Sequence record: MK514281.1
Strand: one strand, 5' to 3'
Length of the DNA stretch: 64,000 nt
The position numbers and the translations under genes were made by a program. How positions within the stretch are numbered: position 1 is the stretch's first letter; each line of letters begins with the position of its first letter. The notes below the pieces were generated by a model that had not been told where the DNA came from, ran no database searches, and worked only from the letters and a program-made list of their open reading frames with translations. Positions 18,256-28,807 of the stretch are shown in pieces.

Positions 18256-19230
18256 ATGGCTCAGCAGATCAGCGTGAACGACGTAGTTTATCCGTTCAAC
18301 CCCCTTAATACCGTGGCCGGTGCCAAAGGCATTGTGGAGTCCCATACACTTACGCCAGCCAACGGTGTGAACTATGTGACTTTCGTTCCACGCGCAGCCC
18401 CTTTCTTTCGCCGCACCTTAGTACTCAAGAACAAAGCCAACAACCAGGTGTTAGTCGAAGGCCAGCATTATACCCTGGCGTATTTCTTTGCCCCATTCAC
18501 CCAGCTGGTCTATAAAGGTGTCTACGGCGGTATTACAGTCAATGAACTGGATGCGCCAATTGAAGTCGAAGTGACCTACGATACCATCGGCGGGGATTTT
18601 GTTCTGGACGGCACTGGTTATGCACAGCTGGCTGCTAACCTGGTAAACAACCCGCGTGAACTGGACTGGACACAGATCGCTGATACCCCAGATACGTACC
18701 CACCGATCGACCATACCCATCCGGCTGACCAAACCCTAAACTACATGGATTACGTTGAGCAACTGCAGGCCATGCAGGCACTGGTCGCCAGCGCCATCGG
18801 CGGGTATGTGGCCTCCCTCAACACCCACATCGACACCCAAGGTAATGCCCATGGCATGAAGCCGATTGATATCGGACTGGGTAATGTGATGAACTGGGCA
18901 CCGGCTACGACCGAAGATATCCCAGGGGGCGGGACAACGTTGTATGCCTCACTGGCGATTGTGAAACAAGCCTTCCAGTACATGTACGGCGGCTTAACCA
19001 CCCCGGCATTGAAGAGTGCGATTCTCAATGACTACCTGTCAGCAGAATCCGTGGTCCGTACCTTAACGGTATTGAATGAAGGCGCGTTACTGAACACCGA
19101 TGAAGTGGCGAACTTTGGTTTGTGGAAAACCTACCGGGCACAGATGTTGATCAAAGCATCAACCGGCAATACCACCGTGCTCACTCCGCCAGCGGTAAAC
19201 GGAGCGTTCTCACGACTGTTAGGAGTCTAA
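18256..19230 (+). CDS. Tail-fibre-associated virion protein (paralogue A)
   Basis: GGAG RBS; YPFNP..., RAAPFF, and WTQIADTPDTYPPIDHTH shared with the next genes. Confidence 0.65.
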   Translation: MAQQISVNDVVYPFNPLNTVAGAKGIVESHTLTPANGVNYVTFVPRAAPFFRRTLVLKNKANNQVLVEGQHYTLAYFFAPFTQLVYKGVYGGITVNELDAPIEVEVTYDTIGGDFVLDGTGYAQLAANLVNNPRELDWTQIADTPDTYPPIDHTHPADQTLNYMDYVEQLQAMQALVASAIGGYVASLNTHIDTQGNAHGMKPIDIGLGNVMNWAPATTEDIPGGGTTLYASLAIVKQAFQYMYGGLTTPALKSAILNDYLSAESVVRTLTVLNEGALLNTDEVANFGLWKTYRAQMLIKASTGNTTVLTPPAVNGAFSRLLGV

Positions 19231-19231
19231 C

Positions 19232-20494
19232 ATGAGCAGTACTTTATTTCCTGATGTACGTCGGTTGGAGTTTGACCGCTCAGGCATTAGCGCTGACAAT
19301 CACATCACGGACGATTACATTGATCTGCCTGTGGCGGGATCAAACCGCGCGATCGTGTTAAAGCATGGGGCGTTCTATACCGACTCATTGATATTGAAAG
19401 ATGACAGCGGCAATATCTTGGAGAAATGGGTGGATTACCAACCTGTCTATCCTTATAACCGCCCTGAGCTCAATATCACTGAGATGACCGGCAAGGACAA
19501 CGCCGCGTTTATCATGATCCTCAATGCCAGTCTGACTGGACGGGTGATCGCTGATTATCAGGCAGTGGGAATTCCAAGCGGGATCGCTAACCGGGACTTG
19601 ATCGATATCCTGGACGCTATTGCCAAAGATGCCCGTAAGTATTACTGGGATGATATCTTTGATAAGCCCGATAAGTTCCCGCCATCTCCACACCCATTGG
19701 ATATCAAAGACACCTACAACTGGGCGCCGATGACAGAAGCCATGGCACGGTTCGTGGATTGTTTGAAACACCTTGATCGTCTGCCAACCATTCAGGATTA
19801 CATCGATCAGATCGACACGGTGTATAAGGACACGTTACCAAAACTCAACGCAGTTTATAGCGCGTTCCTCACCCACCGTCGGAACTACAGTAATCCGCAT
19901 CTTGATGTGAAGACCACAGTAGTTAATCTGAACAATGTGGATGATTTTGATATGGCGACCTTGGCAGAGGTCATTGCCGGCACCTCCAGTGTTAAGTTCA
20001 TGTCACCGTACACCGGCTCGCAAGCGGCTTACAATACCCTGCTGAAGAATGACACCTCGTTAGTGCACGTTAACCGTGTGCCGATGGTGCAGTTCGGGGA
20101 CCTGAGCACCACTGCGATTCCGTATACGATCGCAGGTTTCGTACTGACCATCACGGCGGACGTGCCGGCGATGTTGGCGTCACGGGAGTTCACCCTGAAG
20201 AAAGGGGCGATCGACCTGACCAAGTTTGTCAGTACACCGGCGAACAAGACCCTCTTCCTCTATGTGCGTATCCGTAATGGACAAGCGAGCTATGAGGTCG
20301 CGAGTGCAGCATCACCTGAGACCACCACGTATATCAACGTAGGACGCATTGTAACCGGTGCATCTGCTATCACGTCTGTTACGATCAATAAGATCTCCGG
20401 ACTCGGTACCGTGCGCGTCAGTGAGGCCCAGATTGGTTCTGCGATTGCAGTGACATCTGGACTGCCATCCCAATCGGCGAATTTGAACTGGTAA
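19232..20494 (+). CDS. Tail-fibre-associated virion protein (paralogue B)
   Basis: WDDIFDKPDKFPPSPH motif; C-terminal GSAIAVTSGLP...W domain shared with the 20548 and 24088 ORFs. Confidence 0.65.
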   Translation: MSSTLFPDVRRLEFDRSGISADNHITDDYIDLPVAGSNRAIVLKHGAFYTDSLILKDDSGNILEKWVDYQPVYPYNRPELNITEMTGKDNAAFIMILNASLTGRVIADYQAVGIPSGIANRDLIDILDAIAKDARKYYWDDIFDKPDKFPPSPHPLDIKDTYNWAPMTEAMARFVDCLKHLDRLPTIQDYIDQIDTVYKDTLPKLNAVYSAFLTHRRNYSNPHLDVKTTVVNLNNVDDFDMATLAEVIAGTSSVKFMSPYTGSQAAYNTLLKNDTSLVHVNRVPMVQFGDLSTTAIPYTIAGFVLTITADVPAMLASREFTLKKGAIDLTKFVSTPANKTLFLYVRIRNGQASYEVASAASPETTTYINVGRIVTGASAITSVTINKISGLGTVRVSEAQIGSAIAVTSGLPSQSANLNW

Positions 20495-20519
20495 GGGTGA
20501 GTGGGTGACCCCCTCACCC
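20495..20519 (+). terminator. Hairpin after paralogue B
   Basis: GGGTGAG...CTCACCC immediately after the stop at 20494. Confidence 0.55.
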
Positions 20520-20547
20520 ACTTCCCTATGACCCAGGAGAGGTTTCG

Positions 20548-23500
20548 ATGAACACCCCGATTTTAACGAAGTATAAATTTGACCCCACGGGGAAAGATCC
20601 CGAGAACCTGATTGGTGGCGAACGCCACACTGTTGCGGCGGGCCCAAAGAACAAAATCATCGCCGTGTTTGAAGGTCCCTTTTTCTCAGCCAGTGCCAAA
20701 GTGCGCTTGCTTGACGGCAGCTACCTGGAACCCTGGGTAGACTTCCAACCCGTGCACCATTTCCCTGAAGCCTCCAAACGCACCGGGAAGTCCTGTACGT
20801 GCTTTATCAAGATCCTCAATGAATCGGTCAATGGGGATGTCTTTATTGAGTACCAGGTGGTGGGGGGTGAGTTCACCTTCAACAGTATCACGCTTGAGAA
20901 CCTGTTATGGGCGATCATTAATGATGAGCGTTCGGTCCTGTGGGATAACATCAACAACCGTCCCGCTACGTACCCGCCATCGTATCACACCCATGATATC
21001 TTCAATGACACGTATGGCTGGGATGATCGTATCGCTTTCAGTAACTGGATCTCGGATTACCTGATCCTCGGTGGCGAGCGCTTGAACTACGAAGGCTTTA
21101 CCAACAAGGTCAATGTGGTACTGGATGAGATCACCACCATTCAGGCGAACATCTTAGCCCAAGTTGCTGAGCATGAAGCCGATCACACCAATCCGCATGC
21201 CGATACGGCAAAGACCTTGGGTTACAACAAACTGCAGAACCTGGCCACCGCGAACGAAGTGCAGGCGCTGGAAGGGCAACGTACCGATCTGCGTCTTACC
21301 GTGAAGACGGCTGAAAGCATTCTGGCGGATGCAGTAAAAGGCTATTCGGTCAACCTGATTCACCAGGGGATTATTCCGGTCAGTCGCTTTGGTAACCTGA
21401 ACTTCTTACAACCAGGGATCATCGGGTCGTTTGAAGGGGCGTCGATGGTTGAAGCAGAAGATCACTACGCCCAGAACGTTGAGAATGACGGCACATACAT
21501 TCGTTTACGTCCAGGGACCAACGGTGAATCTATTGCGTTGTATTACGACTATGTCACCAACATCCACAACAACATTAATACATTCACCGTCACCAACACC
21601 AATAACAAATACACACCTGCCAGTTTGGATCAGGCGTATATTCCGGCGCGCTTATTTGACTGTCAAGGTGATGTAATTGCCGGGATCATGTACAACAAGG
21701 CCGCATTGCCGAGCACTGCTGATTATAAGTACTGGGTGGCGCTGACCAACGGCACACTGGACAGCACCAAACATAACTGCGCGGTTATCAACAATGCCTA
21801 TTTTACCATGGATGACGGCACAACCCAAGACTTTCGTACCGCCTGGACCCAGTTTTGTTTGATAGGTTCTCGGATTTACATCATCCATCAGAATCCAAAC
21901 ATCGCTACTACGATGGAGGCCGGTGGTTCAATCTCTGTCAACGCAATTCCCCAATTCTATCTCGGGTATATTAACGTTGCCGATGTAGTGGCCGGCGGTC
22001 CGGTGAATGTGACTCAACTTACGGGTTGGGCAACAACGCTGTTAGGTCAGACCCGTACAGCAGCTCGCAGTATGCAAATCTGTGATCAGGTGATTGGTCG
22101 CTCTAATCAGCACGTTCTGGTGCGTTATGACGGAAATCAATACGTCAAAGCACAATACCGCTCATGGCCAGGTGGTTATGGTAAATTGGTTGCCAACACC
22201 GACGGTACGTTAACCATGTTGGTTGACTTCACCCTCAACGTTGATGGTCGCAACAATTCCAACATCTCAATGTTCCCAATCCGTTTCATTGTGGACTTAA
22301 ATGCCAAGACTGTGCGGTCACCCGAAACGATGAACCCGTTTGTGATTATCGACGCCCCTAACAGTAACCTGACCATGACGGTGAATACCAACGGGTCTAA
22401 CCTGAACATGTTCAAACTACGCGGGGTAAATGATGGCGGGACGGCACTGACCGGTGATTACCACGGCAGTCGGATGATCACGAAGAAAGGGTATTCAATC
22501 TGCACCCATCGCCAACAATCCACCAACCTCGGTTTGCGGGTTGATGTCCAACAGATCCCGAACTTTACGAACATCGATGCCTACTGGCGCAATCCAGCCG
22601 GGTACAGTAATGTACTGTATCGTTCAGTAGGAGATGACACCTCCTACGGTTCTGAGGCCAAAGGTAACTTACGCTGCCCAATCCTCTTCCCGAACAACCG
22701 TTTAGGTTTCTACACTCTGGACTCTAGCGGTACGCATTTTGTGTCACAGCCGCTCATTGGCAATGGTGATTTCGTTTATAAACTGATCGGACTTGGAACA
22801 GTGCAGGGTTTCCAGCCCTCGAACGACCGTGTGAAGGCTGTGATTAAGTACCCTACCCGTGAGATCATCACTGAGATCAACGGCGGGTCTGTGGTCACAC
22901 ATTGCCGTTCAATCTCTGACGATGCACCCGCGGGACCAGCTAACATTGATTACTTGCTCAATGAATCGGGCAGTATCAGTACCGATGTGAACTATCTGCG
23001 GTCGCAGGGTCAGCGTGTGTTAACTCAACTCGGTATTACGGCAGCTAAGTTCAGATGTATTTTGTTTGTACCGACCGATGGCGGGATGTCATTGATGTTG
23101 AAGGTCGTGGGGTATACTCCCCCGCAAGCTAACGGCATTACTAACACCATCACTGCAATTGCAACGGTAACGTATGGCGGTGCACGTGATGGTGTGTTAG
23201 CTGGCTGGACTGCCAATGTGGATGATATCATTAGCAAACCGGAAGTGGTCGGTACGTCAGATATCTCCCGCATCCAAACGACTTTTGGTTTATTGACATA
23301 TAAGGTAGGGAATGAATACATCGTTGCGATGGGTGGGTTCTATTGCCCTTACACAGTAGGTCCGGCTAACAATTTACCATTAGTGTACTTAAAAATGACT
23401 AATGGTCGGATTGCCGGCAATCCATCTAACCAGTACTTTGTTTCGCCGTACGTCGACTTGCTGTCTAACACACCGTTTGCACTGCCGGGCAAGGGTTTGT

Positions 23501-24039
23501 TTGTAACTTACTCAGACGGGAACTACACCACTCCTGTAACGCCTGATGCGGCGGCTGCGGTAGGTCCGTGCGCGATTGTGGTTGCGGGTCAGGGCGAGGA
23601 TTTCGAGAAAGTACGGCAATGGACTATTCCAGGCAACTCTACGATGGTGTTGTTGTCACAAACAGTAGAACAAGGCTGGATCTTGTACTTTGCTGAAGAG
23701 ATCCCGGTGATTCTGAATGGGCGGGAGTACGCCTTACCGATCACCAGTATCGACCTGCGTAATGTGAAAGCTAACCCGGCGAGCACCACCTTCTTTGTCT
23801 ACATTGAAGCTGTGGATGCAACTACTGCGAAGTACACCATCTCAGCCACGGAGTTGGCGGCTGCGACCACACGGATGTTCATTGGCACGGTAGCAACCAA
23901 TACGTCACAGATCAACACGATCAACGTGACCAAGCGATCGGGTCTGAATAAGTACCAGATCTCTGCGGTGAAAGCCGGATCGTCTATTCCGGTGTCAACC
24001 GGCTTGCCGTTCCAACGCGGTAACTGGAGTCAGGAATAA
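20548..24039 (+). CDS. Large putative tail fibre/tail-tip protein (paralogue C)
   Basis: 1163 aa; YKFDPTGKDPENLI N-terminus, variable beta-rich middle, conserved GSSIPVSTGLP C-terminus. Confidence 0.7.
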   Translation: MNTPILTKYKFDPTGKDPENLIGGERHTVAAGPKNKIIAVFEGPFFSASAKVRLLDGSYLEPWVDFQPVHHFPEASKRTGKSCTCFIKILNESVNGDVFIEYQVVGGEFTFNSITLENLLWAIINDERSVLWDNINNRPATYPPSYHTHDIFNDTYGWDDRIAFSNWISDYLILGGERLNYEGFTNKVNVVLDEITTIQANILAQVAEHEADHTNPHADTAKTLGYNKLQNLATANEVQALEGQRTDLRLTVKTAESILADAVKGYSVNLIHQGIIPVSRFGNLNFLQPGIIGSFEGASMVEAEDHYAQNVENDGTYIRLRPGTNGESIALYYDYVTNIHNNINTFTVTNTNNKYTPASLDQAYIPARLFDCQGDVIAGIMYNKAALPSTADYKYWVALTNGTLDSTKHNCAVINNAYFTMDDGTTQDFRTAWTQFCLIGSRIYIIHQNPNIATTMEAGGSISVNAIPQFYLGYINVADVVAGGPVNVTQLTGWATTLLGQTRTAARSMQICDQVIGRSNQHVLVRYDGNQYVKAQYRSWPGGYGKLVANTDGTLTMLVDFTLNVDGRNNSNISMFPIRFIVDLNAKTVRSPETMNPFVIIDAPNSNLTMTVNTNGSNLNMFKLRGVNDGGTALTGDYHGSRMITKKGYSICTHRQQSTNLGLRVDVQQIPNFTNIDAYWRNPAGYSNVLYRSVGDDTSYGSEAKGNLRCPILFPNNRLGFYTLDSSGTHFVSQPLIGNGDFVYKLIGLGTVQGFQPSNDRVKAVIKYPTREIITEINGGSVVTHCRSISDDAPAGPANIDYLLNESGSISTDVNYLRSQGQRVLTQLGITAAKFRCILFVPTDGGMSLMLKVVGYTPPQANGITNTITAIATVTYGGARDGVLAGWTANVDDIISKPEVVGTSDISRIQTTFGLLTYKVGNEYIVAMGGFYCPYTVGPANNLPLVYLKMTNGRIAGNPSNQYFVSPYVDLLSNTPFALPGKGLFVTYSDGNYTTPVTPDAAAAVGPCAIVVAGQGEDFEKVRQWTIPGNSTMVLLSQTVEQGWILYFAEEIPVILNGREYALPITSIDLRNVKANPASTTFFVYIEAVDATTAKYTISATELAAATTRMFIGTVATNTSQINTINVTKRSGLNKYQISAVKAGSSIPVSTGLPFQRGNWSQE

Positions 24040-24046
24040 CCAGCAC

Positions 24047-24070
24047 GGGGGAGGTGACTCCCCCTTTCTT
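24047..24070 (+). terminator. Intrinsic terminator
   Basis: GGGGGAG-GTGA-CTCCCCC followed by TTTCTT. Confidence 0.7.
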
Positions 24071-24087
24071 TATTGAAAGGAGTTGCC

Positions 24088-27000
24088 ATGAGCAGCAACC
24101 TTGTGGTCGAGCCAGGCAGTTGGGGTGAGTTCTATGCCTCGATTGAAGCTTTGACCTGGAAGTTACAAAACTCACGTTATTCTCAGTATGATCTGGCTTC
24201 CACGGTGATGGTCAACTTTGAAAACGATGTTGATGATCTGGTAACCAGTGCACAGACCCTTTTAGCCAGTCATCAGGCACGTCGGGATAATGTCCATCAA
24301 GTGAACGCCGAGCAGTTAGGGTTTGGCTTAGTCGATAACTTTAAAACTGCAACCGTGGCACAGGCCGGCGAAGGCGGACACCCCGATCTCTTTGTTACGC
24401 CACAAGGCTTTAATGCCCTGGCGAGTAAAGTGTTTGCAGATTTCGGTTCATCACTTCATCATCAAGGGATCAACCCAATCTCGTCGTTTGGTTCGCTGTC
24501 TTTCCTCCCCCCTGACGTCTCCGGTTCTTTTGAAGGTTCAGGTCAGGTATCGGGAAACTCAGCCAGTCCAATGATTATTGAAGACGATGGAACGTTAGTG
24601 GGGTTGCGCTACGGTACCACAGGTACCACCGAAGGACTGTACTACTTCTACTTACCAACCGCTGAAGACCGTATTGATAACGCGTCTGTTATTCGCACCA
24701 ACTTTAAGTATGCACCTGCAAACTTACCGGCTGGGGCTTATTGCACCGATGTTTACAATACCGAGTCGGATGTGCTGCTGGGGAATATCAAAGGGTCATC
24801 AAGCTACAATTGGTTTATCTCCATTACCAACGGGACGTTTGACGCCACCAAACATAACACCGCCTACTTCACCATCAACGGCGATCCGGACCTTGCTTAC
24901 TTGGGCAAGTATTCCACGGCGCTGGTTGTCAATGGTTATGTTTATATTTTCGGCATGTTGGATGACGGCTTTACCACCAACCGACCTATTGGCGGTGAGT
25001 TGAAAAACACCCAACCCATTGACATGGTGGTGTGGCGTGTTGCAGTAAGCAGTATCATTAATAACAATGCGGTGACCCTTGAAAAGATCAGTACTTGGTC
25101 TACCAAAGATATCTGGGGTGATACAACCAGCAATCCCCGTATTCAGCTCAGTAAAATGGCGATCAGTGAGAATGCAGCTGACAAACCGTATGTACAGGTG
25201 AATGGCGCACTGGTACGATCGGTGATTGTTCGCAATGCCCAGCGTCGTCTGTTTGCCGTGGTTGACCCAGCCAACCCTACCCGTATTCGACTGGCGGTTA
25301 ATCACACCTTTTATGCACAGCTCTCAACCGGCAGCAGTTATAACGGCAGTTGTGCGCTGAGCATGTTGCTGGATCTGACTGCAAAGACCGCAGTGGTGGA
25401 AGATAACGCCAACCGTATCCTGGTCGGTGTAAGTGGTCAGACAGTTACGGTAACCGGCAATACCCTATTGACCGATAACCTGTTAACGGGTTCGGCACTA
25501 GGGGGTAACTGGCATCCGAACGTCACGTTGACCTCACGCGGCTATCTGTTCTGTCGCACCTCAGGTAACCAACCTGATGAGAACCCACGGTTCAGTAAAG
25601 GACTGATCACCAACTTTACTACCCGGTTTGAAGCGATGCGGATTCGGTCACGTCAAGTGCGTCAGATCACCCTGGTTACTGATCCACTGGTTACCGGTAC
25701 GGCACTGACCAACAACTTCATGAAGCCACAGTACCTGGCCGGTAATGCGTTGTTGCTCACCAGTAACCCGTACAAGACGCCCGGGTATTACGCTTACGGT
25801 ACAACTAAACGGGTATTGCTTACCGGATCACCTACCTTTAACTACACGCTGAACTCTGGTGTGACGTTACAGGGCTGGGCGCCTAACAGCAACCGTTATG
25901 AAATCACCGATGCCAACAACCCACCCCGCAATCGCTTTTACCACATCATCACCCAGGTTGACAGTGCCGGTAATGTGACCTCCAGTCCGTCAGTGTTGTC
26001 AGATGGCAGTTCTGCACAAGTGGGTACTTCCATTGACGCTAACCTGAACATCACCGGCTCGATCACCTTTAACCAGGCTGAACTTAACACCGTGGCGAAA
26101 GCGGCGTGTCAGACCGCCCTGGGGGCTGCGCCGTCGTTGTGGCGTGGTTTGATCTATGTCCCGCAGGATACCGCGGTGCCGTTGATCATGGTGTGTACCG
26201 GTGAAGTACTGCGCAGTGACGGTAACGGTTATCGGGTGAATCACTCGTTGGTTGAGTTAACGTACACCGGTGCGCGTTCAGGGAACATTACTGGCTATAC
26301 CGTGAAGCGGGTACTCAACTCACAGCTCAATGACCAGCAACCAACCGGCGTGCCGTTAGAGCTGGCGTGTAACGGTGGGTTGAACATCTACAAAACAGCG
26401 GCCGGCGATTATCTGCTGGGGATTGGCGAACCTACCTTCCATCAGACCTACGGTGGGATCTACGGTTATGTCTGGTATGCGGCGATCAAAGCAGGCACAG
26501 GCACCATTGAAGACAGTTCGTTAAAAGCCTTTAACCATGGCTATTATCCGACGTCCGTCAACCCAACCCCGGTTGTGGTGCCGGGTTATGGTTTGTGTGT
26601 AATGGATTATCAGACGCAGCAGGCTAACGCCAACGCCCTGATGATTGTGGATGTGATGGCGGCAACCTACGCCGAGTTTGTTGCCTGGACGTCCAAGCGT
26701 AAGCTGGTCTTAACCGCACAACAGGTAGAGCAAGGGTATCTTGTTTACTTCACGGCACCCACTCAGGTGTTCATGGCTGGTAACGAATACACCCTGCCTG
26801 CGGGTAACATTGACCTGCGTACCATCACTGCCAATCCTGCCAGTAAGACGTTCTATGTTTACGTGCAGTTAGTCGACGAGCAGGTACAATACCTGATCAC
26901 CCTCGATCAGCTTGCTCCAACCATAACGTTGATGTACATTGGCAAGATTACCACCAACACCACGCAAATCAGTAGCATTGCTGTTGATAAACGTATCCGC

Positions 27001-27543
27001 ATCGAAACCTTCGAACTGTCAGCTACCCATATCGGGTCGGGTATTCCGATCACGACAGGTGTGCCGTCAACCGCGGGTAACTTTGCATGGCGTAATGGTT
27101 ACTTGAAACTGATGAGCTTTGCAATGCAGCTGGACTATAGTGGTATTGTGACAGTGAATCTGAGAACGGGTGCGGTAACCATTGAAATGAGTGTCTCTGG
27201 TACACCACCAGATTCTGTGAGCAGAACAAGAACACAGACTGTCTGGTCTACTGGTGAGACCTGGGTGCCTGGTCTGGTGACGGTGGGAACCGAAGCATCA
27301 GGGGCAAGCGATGCATTCAATACGTACGCGAGTACATCGAAAACCTTCCCAGCTCTGGCGAGGTCAGATATCGCAAACAGTACTGGGCTTGCAGTTATGA
27401 TGGGTAACGAAAGTAACCCAACTAACAAAGGCGTCTTTACTCAGCAACCAAGTGCAGCCAATGACTATACCCTTAAGTGGAAAGTCACTGATGCGCCGGG
27501 TGGCGCTGGCGAATACACCTTTGATCTGTATGTGAAATACTAA
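24088..27543 (+). CDS. Large putative tail fibre/tail-tip protein (paralogue D) with an extra C-terminal domain
   Basis: AAGGAG RBS before ATG 24088; collinear with the 20548 ORF from the HQGI(N/I)P(I/V)S(S/R)FG(S/N)L motif onward; about 150 extra aa after GVPSTAGNFAW. Confidence 0.7.
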   Translation: MSSNLVVEPGSWGEFYASIEALTWKLQNSRYSQYDLASTVMVNFENDVDDLVTSAQTLLASHQARRDNVHQVNAEQLGFGLVDNFKTATVAQAGEGGHPDLFVTPQGFNALASKVFADFGSSLHHQGINPISSFGSLSFLPPDVSGSFEGSGQVSGNSASPMIIEDDGTLVGLRYGTTGTTEGLYYFYLPTAEDRIDNASVIRTNFKYAPANLPAGAYCTDVYNTESDVLLGNIKGSSSYNWFISITNGTFDATKHNTAYFTINGDPDLAYLGKYSTALVVNGYVYIFGMLDDGFTTNRPIGGELKNTQPIDMVVWRVAVSSIINNNAVTLEKISTWSTKDIWGDTTSNPRIQLSKMAISENAADKPYVQVNGALVRSVIVRNAQRRLFAVVDPANPTRIRLAVNHTFYAQLSTGSSYNGSCALSMLLDLTAKTAVVEDNANRILVGVSGQTVTVTGNTLLTDNLLTGSALGGNWHPNVTLTSRGYLFCRTSGNQPDENPRFSKGLITNFTTRFEAMRIRSRQVRQITLVTDPLVTGTALTNNFMKPQYLAGNALLLTSNPYKTPGYYAYGTTKRVLLTGSPTFNYTLNSGVTLQGWAPNSNRYEITDANNPPRNRFYHIITQVDSAGNVTSSPSVLSDGSSAQVGTSIDANLNITGSITFNQAELNTVAKAACQTALGAAPSLWRGLIYVPQDTAVPLIMVCTGEVLRSDGNGYRVNHSLVELTYTGARSGNITGYTVKRVLNSQLNDQQPTGVPLELACNGGLNIYKTAAGDYLLGIGEPTFHQTYGGIYGYVWYAAIKAGTGTIEDSSLKAFNHGYYPTSVNPTPVVVPGYGLCVMDYQTQQANANALMIVDVMAATYAEFVAWTSKRKLVLTAQQVEQGYLVYFTAPTQVFMAGNEYTLPAGNIDLRTITANPASKTFYVYVQLVDEQVQYLITLDQLAPTITLMYIGKITTNTTQISSIAVDKRIRIETFELSATHIGSGIPITTGVPSTAGNFAWRNGYLKLMSFAMQLDYSGIVTVNLRTGAVTIEMSVSGTPPDSVSRTRTQTVWSTGETWVPGLVTVGTEASGASDAFNTYASTSKTFPALARSDIANSTGLAVMMGNESNPTNKGVFTQQPSAANDYTLKWKVTDAPGGAGEYTFDLYVKY

Positions 27544-27545
27544 CT

Positions 27546-27591
27546 CGGCATAGAGGGAGAGGTGTTAGCCTCTCCCTCGTGCTTTATGCCG
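27546..27591. terminator. Bidirectional hairpin between convergent genes
   Basis: CGGCATA-GAGGGAGAGG-TGTTAG-CCTCTCCCTC-GTGCTTTATGCCG. Confidence 0.8.
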
Positions 27592-27592
27592 A

Positions 27593-28531
27593 TTAAACAG
27601 GACCACCAGTTTCTGAACCGCCTTTCTGTACCCCACCGTGCAGGTGACCGGTTAGTGAGATACCGGCTGCGACAACATCCGCTGGGGTGTTTAAACCACC
27701 AGAGGTCTCAATGTGACCATTATGGTCGATGTCACCAATCATACTGATCCCACCTGGAGAGTTAATCGTGGTTTTATTAGTAATAAGCTCGAAGGATTCA
27801 TTAGCCGTGATCTTCATGGTTTTGCACAACATGGAAATCAGTTCTTGGGCAGTGAGATTGAAGTTCTCTTGCGCAATGATTTCAATGTTCTTTTTGCTCA
27901 TGGTGATCAGGCACTTGTCGGTATTGGTGATCTGCCATAACGCCTCAAGCGAGTTCAGGACCAAGTTGTTGTCCAGGTCATCCGCCAATGAGAAGATCGC
28001 TTCACCGTAATCCGCCTTGATGACATACTGGACTTGTTCGCCATTCATCTTCGAGTTGGACATCATGAAGTGTTTTTTATGAGAGGACCATTCAATGAAG
28101 TACCAGTCTCCTTCACCGATGTTCTTATCTTCAGTGGTGGCCGGCGACCCACTCAAGGCAATGATGATGGTCTCTAAACGCCGCAAATCATCATCCAGAC
28201 CCGTTTCCGTCCAGTAGTACTTGTCCTCGTCACCAATCTGCCAGATCACGACACGTTCACCTTTGACCACATCGGGGGCGGTGACGCGGTTAGAACGGAA
28301 TGGGAACCAGATTGCTGCGATGGTGGAGTCCGTTACCACTTTGTCTTGGGTGCTGTCGCCCGACGAGGTCTTGCCATTATGGGTGATGACCTGTGGGTTC
28401 ACTTCAGCTTCACCCGACATCATCGGTGCAGTTTCACGGGGAATAACTTGAATCTCTTTGCTGTTGGTGCTCTTGACTGCAGCCACCACACCCATAGAGT
28501 AAAATTTAAGAACCGATACGTTACTGGCCAT
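27593..28531 (-). CDS. Baseplate central spike (P2 gpV/phi92 gp138-type apex; phiKZ gp164-like position)
   Basis: OB-fold-like N-terminus (PDVVKGERVVIW), beta-helix-like repeats, terminal ISLTGHLHGGVQKGGSETGGPV with the HxH metal-binding apex. Confidence 0.8.
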   Translation of the reverse strand: MASNVSVLKFYSMGVVAAVKSTNSKEIQVIPRETAPMMSGEAEVNPQVITHNGKTSSGDSTQDKVVTDSTIAAIWFPFRSNRVTAPDVVKGERVVIWQIGDEDKYYWTETGLDDDLRRLETIIIALSGSPATTEDKNIGEGDWYFIEWSSHKKHFMMSNSKMNGEQVQYVIKADYGEAIFSLADDLDNNLVLNSLEALWQITNTDKCLITMSKKNIEIIAQENFNLTAQELISMLCKTMKITANESFELITNKTTINSPGGISMIGDIDHNGHIETSGGLNTPADVVAAGISLTGHLHGGVQKGGSETGGPV

Positions 28532-28604
28532 AGCTAACCCTAATGTTATTTTTTACGTAACCCGACCATTCTATAAACCAGATCGAATTAATAGGAATCG
28601 ATAA

Positions 28605-28796
28605 ATGAACCAAGTCTTCTTTATTGAGGCAGCGCCTCAGCGTTTACCGCAGTGGCTCAACCAAGCGATTCTTGACGGCCGTGTTCTTGTGCGCGGTGAC
28701 TCCGTAGTAGACTACCCGTTTTACGTGGTCGACGGACAGGTAGCAACAGTCGGCCAAAGCCTGGTCTTTGACGGGCAAACTATCACCATTAACTAG
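28605..28796 (+). CDS. Small hypothetical protein (63 aa)
   Basis: AGGA RBS; fills the gap before sbcC. Confidence 0.55.
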   Translation: MNQVFFIEAAPQRLPQWLNQAILDGRVLVRGDSVVDYPFYVVDGQVATVGQSLVFDGQTITIN

Positions 28797-28807
28797 CGGC
28801 GCACATC

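Noticed and set aside
27091-27543. Diversity-generating retroelement variable region in the fibre tip
   Set aside because: No template repeat or reverse transcriptase in the window, and no adenine-specific repeat pair seen
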